From an uncultured virus (IMG/VR IMGVR_UViG_3300011888_000003) (taxonomy: Duplodnaviria > Heunggongvirae > Uroviricota > Caudoviricetes), in the IMG/VR virus record IMGVR_UViG_3300011888_000003: a stretch of DNA of 64,000 bases; one strand, 5' to 3'. Position 1 is the stretch's first letter. Each line of letters opens with the position of its first letter. Positions 15,521 to 24,600 of the stretch are shown piece by piece. The translations under genes and the position numbers were made by a program. Under the pieces are notes generated by a model that had not been told where the DNA came from, did no database searches, and saw only the letters and a list, made by a program, of their open reading frames with translations.

Positions 15521-16096
15521 TTAATAGAGGACCATCTTTACAGGACAGCCCGAATACAGGCTGTTTAACGCAAACATGCAGTTATTTCGACCGTTCTCCT
15601 TGCACAAGATATACGTCATGATGCCTTGTGCCCGTGCCTGATTAATATCCATTTCTTTTACATTCAAGCCCATATGCTGTGCCATATGGTAAATCAACCG
15701 TGAGTTAGCATACACAGTTTTATATCCTTGCTCCTTGATGTGCTCTAAGAACTCGACTAACTGTGGGTGCACCTTAACGTACATGTCGTGTACATATTCC
15801 TTATTGTTCATGCTAATATCAAACGACAAGAAGGCCCCTTCTGCATGAGGCTTCTGAGGACCAGTGCCCTCCACCATGCGCTTGACGATTGCATGGTGCA
15901 TCTTATTGTTTAAGATGAATGCCTTGATTTCACTATAAGATACTTGGCATAGATGGCTTTTCTTACCCATGAGACGTGCCGCATCAGCCGCTCTACCCTT
16001 CTTAGCGAACGCATATACAGGGAAGGTTAAACCTTCAATTAGCGTTGGTAATACGAACTGAGTAGTAGTAGCAGTAGTAGTAGTGTTGTTTGTCAT
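15521..16096 (-). CDS. hypothetical protein with Thr-rich N-terminus
   Basis: ORF; start MTNNTTT placed after the AAAGGAG RBS. Confidence 0.75.
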   Translation of the reverse strand: MTNNTTTTATTTQFVLPTLIEGLTFPVYAFAKKGRAADAARLMGKKSHLCQVSYSEIKAFILNNKMHHAIVKRMVEGTGPQKPHAEGAFLSFDISMNNKEYVHDMYVKVHPQLVEFLEHIKEQGYKTVYANSRLIYHMAQHMGLNVKEMDINQARAQGIMTYILCKENGRNNCMFALNSLYSGCPVKMVLY

Positions 16097-16105
16097 GATA
16101 GTAAT

Positions 16106-16141
16106 CTCCTTTGTCCTCATCCAGTATCCCTGGCTTATTGG
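16106..16141 (-). promoter_or_regulatory. conserved 5'-leader motif, copy 3
   Basis: CCAAUAAG-CCAG(ggaua)CUGG-AUGAGG-ac-AAAGGAG. Confidence 0.6.
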
Positions 16142-16181
16142 TATACATATAGGCCCCCATATAGAGGGCCATATATATGAA

Positions 16182-16661
16182 TCAATAGAATTCAGTAGCT
16201 AGTGCAAGGTGCATGTTATACCACTCCACTGCACTAGGGATTTGTTGCATGTACCGCGCCATGCAACCTTTGATATAGTCTTGATACTTAGGATTATATA
16301 AATCCTTAGTCAAGCCACCGTGCAATTCAATCACCAATACTGGTACATCGAAACGTACCATGGCATTAGCAATACGGATGCTAACACCAAAGTCTCCTGA
16401 TGTAGCACCACTACCACATACAGTAGTCTGTGGTGTTACATTGTCGTTCATTTTCTTATCACGCTTATTGTTAGCCGTGATATCCAATCTGACCATGGTA
16501 TCCACACCATTGTGCATACCTGTGAACAGGACAATATCTGTGCCTTGTTCCTTGTCCATCTTGCTTCCTTTCGGAGTCTGGACACAATCGTATCCATACT
16601 CCTGCATTGCCTCGAAGAACATATCTTCAAGGATTTGACCTGCCTGCTTTACCTCTTCCAC
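16182..16661 (-). CDS. PD-(D/E)XK-like nuclease-fold protein
   Basis: GQILEDMF...MDKEQGTDIVL...RLDIT pattern. Confidence 0.45.
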   Translation of the reverse strand: MEEVKQAGQILEDMFFEAMQEYGYDCVQTPKGSKMDKEQGTDIVLFTGMHNGVDTMVRLDITANNKRDKKMNDNVTPQTTVCGSGATSGDFGVSIRIANAMVRFDVPVLVIELHGGLTKDLYNPKYQDYIKGCMARYMQQIPSAVEWYNMHLALATEFY

Positions 16662-17156
16662 TTGGAAGTCATCCTTTCTGGTATATGATTAGGGGGTGGG
16701 CGTCGAAAGATTCTCCGCACATACACCTATACCATTACCATGCCGCTGAGAATTTTGAAGCATTTCTCCCCTATAAAGGTTTTTCTCGACCATCGTCCCG
16801 CTCTTCTTCTCATTCGGGTCAAATCTCTTGCTCCTCTCTCTCCCCCTGCCACTACCAGCACCGCCCCCCTTCAAAAAGAGACCCCCACCCTTTATCTCTT
16901 TTTTGCAAATTCTCAAAAATAAAATAATAAAAAATTACCCATTCTCTAGAAAAATGAGAACAAAACACCCTAAAAGGGGAACATATGTACGTATTATGAA
17001 AGGGAAGAACCCTTAATCTGCAAATGCTTTCATGAATATGTGTGATAATGCGTCAATCAGGAAAAGAACTATTGGTGTTTGTGTAATAAAGCTGATAGGA
17101 TAAGGATAAAGATATCCAGATACAGCCATCTTAAGACTTGTAAAGGAGTGAAGGTG

Positions 17157-17336
17157 ATGGGAATGCACATCAAGTTGGAAGTCTCAGGAGAGCGTCGGTG
17201 CATGTCGTGTGACGCGCATATACGGGACAATCATCGCTTTTATCTATTGAAGGATACCAAACATCATGTCGTGCTGTGCGGGCGCTGTAGTGAAGCGTTA
17301 GAGAGCAAGATGAAGAAGCAAGAGGTGGTGAAGTAA
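17157..17336 (+). CDS. small zinc-finger protein
   Basis: CMSC...CGRC; start placed after AAGGAGTGAAGGTG. Confidence 0.65.
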   Translation: MGMHIKLEVSGERRCMSCDAHIRDNHRFYLLKDTKHHVVLCGRCSEALESKMKKQEVVK

Positions 17337-17623
17337 TGGAAACCTTGCTTGATAACGCAATTGATATGCGATATCAAAAGAATCCAGAGGGGACGGACGG
17401 GGTCCTCGTCTATATCAGCCGAATCGATGTCGGCGGGATGATTCGCGATTTGAATGAACTATTCTTTAATTATGAACACGTACATTATGAGTTTTTCGAT
17501 ATTGAGATGGTCGGATGGAGAAAGCATAAGGCAGAGGGTCATGTCTATTTTATTTATTATATTGAGTTCCAGCGTATGCGATATACGAAGCAAAAACGAA
17601 GAGAATTGAGCAAGACGTCCTGA
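17336..17623 (+). CDS. hypothetical protein
   Basis: 95-aa ORF coupled to the upstream gene. Confidence 0.65.
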   Translation: METLLDNAIDMRYQKNPEGTDGVLVYISRIDVGGMIRDLNELFFNYEHVHYEFFDIEMVGWRKHKAEGHVYFIYYIEFQRMRYTKQKRRELSKTS

Positions 17624-17814
17624 TGCATCCTGTATTGATAGCATTATCGTTCATATGGTTCGTCAGCACCTATTATTGTTATGAAAAGACCCTGGATTTA
17701 GTGCGAATGGAGACATCATTCGCTGTATTCGTCAGTTTCATCCATACATGGCTGGTTTGGGCGGGAATCAGCTGTTGTTTTTATCTTTATCTCAATTACG
17801 TATTCATTACATAG
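17623..17814 (+). CDS. small membrane protein
   Basis: Two hydrophobic stretches; coupled start. Confidence 0.6.
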   Translation: MHPVLIALSFIWFVSTYYCYEKTLDLVRMETSFAVFVSFIHTWLVWAGISCCFYLYLNYVFIT

Positions 17815-17823
17815 GGGGATACT

Positions 17824-17985
17824 ATGAATGTCATCATCGGGGCGATTGTCTTAGGGGTATTGCTGTATGTGTTCTTCTATATCCTAGGGAATGCCATAGA
17901 GGATAGCTTCTATGCAATATATGTCGCGTACTTATTTGTTCTCGGAATCTTTATTATCTATACGGTGGACTTCATCTTCCTGTAG
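17824..17985 (+). CDS. small membrane protein (53 aa, below the ORF-track cutoff)
   Basis: Translated by hand: MNVIIGAIVLGVLLYVFF...VDFIFL*; GGGGGA RBS. Confidence 0.6.
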   Translation: MNVIIGAIVLGVLLYVFFYILGNAIEDSFYAIYVAYLFVLGIFIIYTVDFIFL

Positions 17986-18384
17986 GGAAGCATATAAAAA
18001 GTAGACGGTCGGCCGCACATACTATTGTATGGGGAGGCATCAGCCTCCTGTATCCTTATCTTCTAACTCTATAGGGGGGAAGACTATAAGGAGATAATAG
18101 AGAGAGACCTTATAAAGAAAGTATCAGCACTTCATACAAGAGGATAGTAACCAAGCGAAGCATCAGGCATCTAACCCGACGTTTCGCTTTTTTGCTGTAC
18201 CGTGTGCTACTTGAAATCTTCAAGGCAAATGGTTACATTTCCGGTAATCCTTATATGCCTCCACACGCTTTTAGGGCAAAGGTTGGTTAGAAGGTCTGGA
18301 AAAATGCAAATGATTAACTGGTGCCGACAGCCTCGTGTGTTGTTGCGCTCTAAATAAGTCAGGAAAAGAAAGAGGGAAAGACGT

Positions 18385-19089
18385 ATGGCAGAACAAGAGA
18401 AACGCAAGGAAGAGCTTTCACTGCTCGCTCCACGTGCTTATATGAATGTACAGAAAGAAGAACTTCCTTCCTCATGGAAATTGAGTGAGCAAGGAATTGA
18501 AGCGATTAAGTTCGGGGTTGCGATGAACAAGACGAAACATGGCATGTATGCGTCCATCCCAATGTTGTGTAAGGCAGAGGAATGCCAATATGCAGATATA
18601 TGTCCTATCCTTGACCAAGGATACAATCCAAAAGGAGAACGCTGTCCACTTGAAATCTCATTGATTCTGACGAACTTTGATAACTATAAGAAAGAGTTCG
18701 AGACGAAAGATGATGATATCGTAGACATGAGCTTCATCAAGGACTTGATTGACTGTGATATCCAACTCATGCGTGCTGAGAACAAGATGGCATTAGAAGG
18801 AGACTTCGTGCAAGATAACGTCGTCGGTATGGGGGAAGACGGAGAACCTATCGTCCAGAAACAAATCTCGAAGGCTTCTGACTATAAGGAACGTATCATG
18901 ACGAAGAAACACAAGATTCTAGAATTGATGCATAGTACCCGTAAGGATAAAGCCGGTAGCAAGCTCACGATGACGATGGACCCATCGAGTTATGCGGCAA
19001 GTCTCTTAAAAGAGAAGGAATCCGCACCAGGTCAAGTCATTGATGCTGACTACCTAGAGAGTATCATGATTGAAGATGAGGACGAATGA
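18385..19089 (+). CDS. Cys-rich protein, candidate terminase small subunit
   Basis: KHGMYAS followed by C-x4-C-x5-C...C and a helical C-terminus; first large gene of the packaging cluster (positional inference). Confidence 0.45.
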   Translation: MAEQEKRKEELSLLAPRAYMNVQKEELPSSWKLSEQGIEAIKFGVAMNKTKHGMYASIPMLCKAEECQYADICPILDQGYNPKGERCPLEISLILTNFDNYKKEFETKDDDIVDMSFIKDLIDCDIQLMRAENKMALEGDFVQDNVVGMGEDGEPIVQKQISKASDYKERIMTKKHKILELMHSTRKDKAGSKLTMTMDPSSYAASLLKEKESAPGQVIDADYLESIMIEDEDE

Positions 19090-20096
19090 GTCATCATGCC
19101 TTGAATGGACAATCCTTATTGATTGATATGCTTGGGATGAACCCGATGTCTCAACATATGCAAGAATACTCTTCTTACAAAGGAACGGTATCGGGGGGTT
19201 ACTGGAACCACAAACTACTTGAATCGACCAACATCGAAGTACAGCGACAACAAAAAGGTGGCCGAAGGCCCTTCGCCTTTCAAGTGTCCGAAAAACAATA
19301 TGTCAAAGCCCTTGAAGGGTTAAGAAAGAATGACAATGGGTTTATCAAACAACGCGCGATTGATGTTAAGAGCCACATCAGCAACATGTCTGGTAGAAAC
19401 AAGATATCAGCTCTTGCCGGTATCGGGCTTAAGATGGGGATTACGCACAGCATGATGGATGATGATGAAGATGGTGTTGTCTCTACTCTCGTGACTTCTG
19501 GTATCTATGCAGGAGCAGTCGGAGGCGCGGCACTCGTCGGAAGAGAGATGTTGAAGAAAGTCGAGATGCGGTCGAAGAAAATTCCACTATGGGAAAAACA
19601 AGTCAAACAGTTTGAGATGCAGTTGAAGGTAGAAGCCTTGAAAAAACAACAGCATCGTAATGCTGTCCCTAAAGGAGACTTCAAGCAAGAAGAACGTATC
19701 GAACGATTGGAACAAAAAGAGGCAAGGCGAACAAAAGAGACCCCAACGGACCGTCTCCATCGATTAAAGAACTCTTCTTCTGGTGAGTTAGGGAATCTAT
19801 TGTCGCACGAAGAACGTGTCGTAAGGACGAACAAACGTATCATGAAAGGAGGCAAGATTGCATTAGGGACGATTGCTGTAGGAGGCGCTCTTTCTGCCCT
19901 GCATGGCATCAAGCATAAAATGGATGTCAATGACATGAAGGAAGCACAAGAGAAAAACCTAGAGCGCAAACAACAGGAGCGCAAGAATAAACAACAAGAC
20001 TTGAGCTACAATAACCCGTCGTTTGGCAACATCGTCTTTGATATGTTTGAAGAACGGACGGCTCATTACCGAATGGGCGACGAAAAGTTTAAGTGA
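19086..20096 (+). CDS. hypothetical protein with Gly/Ala hydrophobic segments (possible virion protein)
   Basis: 336-aa ORF. Confidence 0.7.
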   Translation: MSHHALNGQSLLIDMLGMNPMSQHMQEYSSYKGTVSGGYWNHKLLESTNIEVQRQQKGGRRPFAFQVSEKQYVKALEGLRKNDNGFIKQRAIDVKSHISNMSGRNKISALAGIGLKMGITHSMMDDDEDGVVSTLVTSGIYAGAVGGAALVGREMLKKVEMRSKKIPLWEKQVKQFEMQLKVEALKKQQHRNAVPKGDFKQEERIERLEQKEARRTKETPTDRLHRLKNSSSGELGNLLSHEERVVRTNKRIMKGGKIALGTIAVGGALSALHGIKHKMDVNDMKEAQEKNLERKQQERKNKQQDLSYNNPSFGNIVFDMFEERTAHYRMGDEKFK

Positions 20097-20108
20097 GGAG
20101 AATAACAA

Positions 20109-20675
20109 ATGGCAAAAATGCGATTTAATCGAAGAAGTCCAGTCATCAACATGGATGGTTCAGCAGAACGGACCATTAGTCGGAAACAGGGCGCTATCAA
20201 CATGTTTAAGAAACAAAAGAAGACGGGTTCAGGGGCAGACCTCTTAAAACGTCGAAAATACCAAAAACGTGGGTTCAATGAAGGTATCCATGCGGCGGCA
20301 CTTTCTCATGACATGAAATCAAACTTCCATGGAGCAGGGGGCTGGAGTGAAGTCGGTAAGACAGCTATTCGTGGTGCCGCTGTCGGTGGTCTTGCAGGAG
20401 GTTCCATTGAAGCCATGCAAGGTGGAGATTTCTGGGATGGAGCAAAAACCGGTGCATTCATGGGAGGTACGGGCATGGCGGGAATGAAAATCGCCAAACA
20501 ATCGACAGGTGCTCGTAAATACCTCGGTGAAGAAGGTATCTTAAGCAATTATAAAGGCATGAAAGAAGAGTACGGCGTCGGGGTCAAAGCTTTGATGACG
20601 AACCAACGTCATGTGAAGAATGCGACGAACTGGGTCACAGGCAATACGAAGAAAAAGAAGAGAGAGCAAGGGTGA
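20109..20675 (+). CDS. basic Gly-rich (glycine-zipper-like) protein
   Basis: GAAVGGLAGG and GAFMGGTGMAG segments; GAGGAG RBS. Confidence 0.7.
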   Translation: MAKMRFNRRSPVINMDGSAERTISRKQGAINMFKKQKKTGSGADLLKRRKYQKRGFNEGIHAAALSHDMKSNFHGAGGWSEVGKTAIRGAAVGGLAGGSIEAMQGGDFWDGAKTGAFMGGTGMAGMKIAKQSTGARKYLGEEGILSNYKGMKEEYGVGVKALMTNQRHVKNATNWVTGNTKKKKREQG

Positions 20676-20681
20676 TGAAAC

Positions 20682-21131
20682 ATGGCAAAGAATAAACTCG
20701 TCGAAGCCCTAGGGACTGCTGGAAAACGAATTCATTCAAAACCATATCGTATCCATGAAGCAATGAACTCGAAGAACAAGGTACGAAACACCGCTTCGGA
20801 GATTTTTCTGAAGAATGATAAACAAGGAGCACGTATCGGGAACCTTTATACAGGGAAACAAGTCCGTTGGTTACCGATGATGGCTATCGGAGGTGCGGCG
20901 GCGACCGTTGCCCTCGGAACAGACATGTCTGGACGGTCTGGTTTTGATTCTGCTAACTTCGGAGCAAAGACAGGGCTTCTTGATGTACAAACAGCACTGA
21001 AGACCCGACAAGGGACTTTGGAATCTGGCGAATCCCCGATGATGTTATCAGATGGTAGCTCTAAGGGAAGTAATACACTCGGTGCTAGTGGCGATATCGT
21101 ACTTGGTCTACATAATAAGCGTAAAGGGTGA
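20682..21131 (+). CDS. hypothetical Gly-rich protein
   Basis: 149-aa ORF. Confidence 0.7.
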   Translation: MAKNKLVEALGTAGKRIHSKPYRIHEAMNSKNKVRNTASEIFLKNDKQGARIGNLYTGKQVRWLPMMAIGGAAATVALGTDMSGRSGFDSANFGAKTGLLDVQTALKTRQGTLESGESPMMLSDGSSKGSNTLGASGDIVLGLHNKRKG

Positions 21132-21137
21132 TAAACT

Positions 21138-21590
21138 ATGAGTCAGAACAAACAAGGATTCATCTCAAGTAGCTTCAAGGCGGCGCATGGCGGGCTTAAG
21201 AGTATGGGGTATGTCGGGGTCGGGATGACCGCTCTTGACTTCAAGAGTAACCTCGACCAAGGTCAAGGTGCAGGAACCGCTCTCGTCAAGTCAGCGGCAA
21301 GCTACGCGGCCTGGACGATGGCTTCTCCTTTGATGTGGGCCTACACGGGAGCAACGACAGGATATGAACTTGCGAACTCTGCGTACACGTGGCGTCGTCA
21401 GCAAGCAGAGAACTGGAACCAAACACTTCGTCCCGACTACAGCGTCGGTGGAAACTATCAGGACACAGCCGCCGCACAGACGATGCGACAAGCGGCAGTC
21501 CAAGCGATTCAAGGTTCTCGCTTGAATGCACGTTCTGCTTTAGGTGGAGAAGCACGTATTTTCCACAATAATACACCACGTCAATGGTAA
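21138..21590 (+). CDS. hypothetical Gly/Ala-rich protein
   Basis: 150-aa ORF. Confidence 0.7.
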   Translation: MSQNKQGFISSSFKAAHGGLKSMGYVGVGMTALDFKSNLDQGQGAGTALVKSAASYAAWTMASPLMWAYTGATTGYELANSAYTWRRQQAENWNQTLRPDYSVGGNYQDTAAAQTMRQAAVQAIQGSRLNARSALGGEARIFHNNTPRQW

Positions 21591-21624
21591 GGTATTGACA
21601 GACAGGAAATAAAAGGTTTTATTC

Positions 21625-21655
21625 AGGGCGGAAAGAAAATTTTCCGCTCTTTTTC
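21625..21655 (+). terminator. intrinsic terminator
   Basis: AGGGCGGAAA-GAAAA-TTTTCCGCTCT followed by a T-run. Confidence 0.55.
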
Positions 21656-21691
21656 GCGTCGATAAAGAGAAAGGCAGTTGAATGAATCATT

Positions 21692-24600
21692 ATGAATGAT
21701 TTTGCATCAGAAATCGAACAGATTGTACGAGACCCTGTTAAGTTTGCACGACACCATCTAGGAGGAGATATCCCTCGTTGGTATCAAGAAGAAATCCTTC
21801 GTCATCCGCATCATCGAAAAGTTTTACGATGTGGACGACGTATCGGTAAATGTATCGCTGGTACTCAGCGTATCATGGACCCATTAACAGGAAAGTACAT
21901 TGCAATCGAAGAATTGTATCAAGCACAAGGAACGGAAGGGGCAAACCCTAATCTTTTGACATTAAATGAAAAATACAAGCTAGAAAACTCCAATGCCTTC
22001 TTCATTGAAGATAATGGAGTGAAAGATGTCTTCAAGGTACGAACAAAGCATGGAGCAGAAGTCATCTTGACAGGGAATCACCCTGTCTTGACGATTGACG
22101 GATGGGTCGAGGTCGACCTCCTTGAAATCGGACAGAACATTGCTGTTCCACGCCATATCGATTACCAAGGAAACATCACGAAAGACATGTTCGTCAAAGG
22201 GATGAAAGCGCAAGACCGTGCCCGCATCCTTGGATACTTGGTAGCTGGAGGACGAGACATTCAAGATAAATTGTATGTCGAAGGACGATTCCCTGAAGTC
22301 ATGCAGAAAATGGATGAGTTGTTACAAGAATACGATGGCTCATTGACGAAGATGGCGAATCGAAAACAAAGTTATCGTCTCAGAATCGCCCATCATGAAG
22401 CAGAGTTCATGCGTATTGCCTCAGATGCACGAGAAGGACGTTTTCCGAAGGAAGTATACCAATACGATGCAGAAGTCTTACCGTACTTCTTAGGGGCATT
22501 GTACGACATCGCAGGATGGGATTATGCAAAACGTATCACGGAAATCGGATACGGGACGCCAAATCACCAATTCGCCAAGGATTTGAAGCATTTACTGCTT
22601 CGGCTCGGAATTAAGGCGAATATCTTGAAAAAACGCATCAATGACAGTGATTATTACCATGTCATGATTTATTACCGTGAACACGTCATGTGTTTCATCA
22701 GTTTGATGCGAAAATATGAATGTACGAGCAAGTCTTATGAACATACCTATAACCATGCACTCGGGATGCAATCGAGTGGATATGTTTTACCGAAAGACAT
22801 ATGGCCACATATTGAGAAAGAACGACGCGAAAAGAAAATGACAAAAAAAGATGTAAGTGGTTCAAAGACAGAACGTCTTCGTATGAACAGCGGTGTGAGT
22901 TATCAGAAAGCTCGCAATTATGCACATAATTTACAGTCAGCCTTCTTACTCGACTTGGTGCAGAGTGATGTGCTATGGGAAGAAGTCGTTGCCATCGAGC
23001 CACTCGGTCCACAACAGACCTATGATGTGTTCGTACCCGAAACACATAACTTGGTCGTAGAAGACATACTCGTTCATAACACATGGACGATGACGGCACA
23101 CATGCTGTGGGTTGCGTATACGTGTAATGGTGGACGAGAAACGCTTAAAGGGGCGACATGCCTCGTTGCGACACCATATGACTCACAGGCACGAGAAATC
23201 TTCGACCAATTGAAGAACTTCATCGAAAACAATGAAGCATTACGAGCTTCAGTCGCTCATATCCGGCAATCCCCATATGAAATCGTATTTAAGAATAAAT
23301 CGCGTATCAAACTCTTCACCGCTGGTACTCGTTCTGGTTCTGAAGGTGGTAGCCTTCGGGGTCAAAAAGCGAGCTGGCTCTACATGGATAAACTTTTGTC
23401 CCTTATGTTGGTGACAGCATAAGCAAATCGGGTGAAATCAGGGAAACCTAAACAATGGAGGAATACACATGCATCAATCAGACAAAGTATATCGGCAAAA
23501 TCTTCAACACTTATCGGAAATCGTCGGTCAATCCATTGTCGACATGGTGCGAAGTGCTCCTTTGCATGGCAATCCTGAGGAATGTCCTGTTCCAGCAACA
23601 GGATGGTCCGCAACGACTATCTCGAAAGAGAGTAGAGAACAAGCGTTCTCGAAGCGCCCGACAACTCTTGTGATGATGAAAATGAAAATGCGTCAATCCG
23701 TTGGTAATTATAAACGAGGCGGTCAGTATTATTTCATCGGAGAAGGAACAAGCTGGGATGATATCACGTTCTATCAGTGGAAAGCATATGAACTGATTCC
23801 TGTCGTCTTGACGATTACAGGAGAGAGCGTGGATAGTCTTAAAGCTTATACGGATTTGAAGTATGTGCCACAAGAAGACTTTATCGTCTATCGGACGATA
23901 GAGATGATGCATACGGCTTATCAAGAGTTGATGATATAGTCTCATCCCCAGTGAAAGCTGGGAGTAAGGGTCGCGCCTTACGGAAGGTAAATGGAAGTAG
24001 ATTACCTCGGTGATAAAGACTTTGAAGCGATTTTTGCGATTACATTTGAGGACCCTGAAGGTATCGGTGTCATGGTTGCCTCGACACCAACCGGACGACG
24101 AGGAACCTTCTATAAGATATGTACAGAAGATAAGTTCTCTCAAAATGATAAGGTCGCTCCTATCAAGACAAGGGACGGCATTCATTACGATATTCGAAAC
24201 TATGACCGCTCGACAGCGGAAGGATGGAAAGAATTCCACTATCCGACGATGGTCAACCCGAAGTGGGACTCGAAGATGGAAAAGACCCTTCGAGGCATGT
24301 ATACGAACTCGGCTTATGAGCACGAAGTTTTAGCAGATTTTGGTACAGAGGATGCAGGGGTATTCAACAAAGACTACATTGACGAAGCTGGTTCAAGTGG
24401 TTATGGTTACTCTAGTCAACGGACAGATGATGCGCCGATAGCCATCGGGGTCGATTGGGATATAGAGTTGACATGTCTTATTTCAACTGGTTAAGCTCCT
24501 AAAAAGGAGTGATTCCATTGAAAAAATATCAAAATGAACAACTATTAAGAGAGTGTTATGAGAAACACAAGAGCATGGTAGAAGTTGCGAAAGAATTGGA

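Noticed and set aside
16060..16092. (GTA)n microsatellite
   Set aside because: It simply encodes the Thr-rich N-terminus of the 15521-16096 protein, with a similar short run near 5908
16689..17016. Short ORFs in the strand-switch region
   Set aside because: Low-complexity translations of G/C-run DNA with no RBS support
18153..18193. Possible third hammerhead (minus strand GCGAAACGUC...CUGAUGC)
   Set aside because: Core reads CUGAUGC rather than CUGAUGA and there is no stem I or NUH site; better explained as a plus-strand terminator-like hairpin
23511..24323. 270-aa minus-strand ORF and the many other antisense ORFs in the track
   Set aside because: They shadow well-supported genes on the opposite strand and lack RBS or motifs
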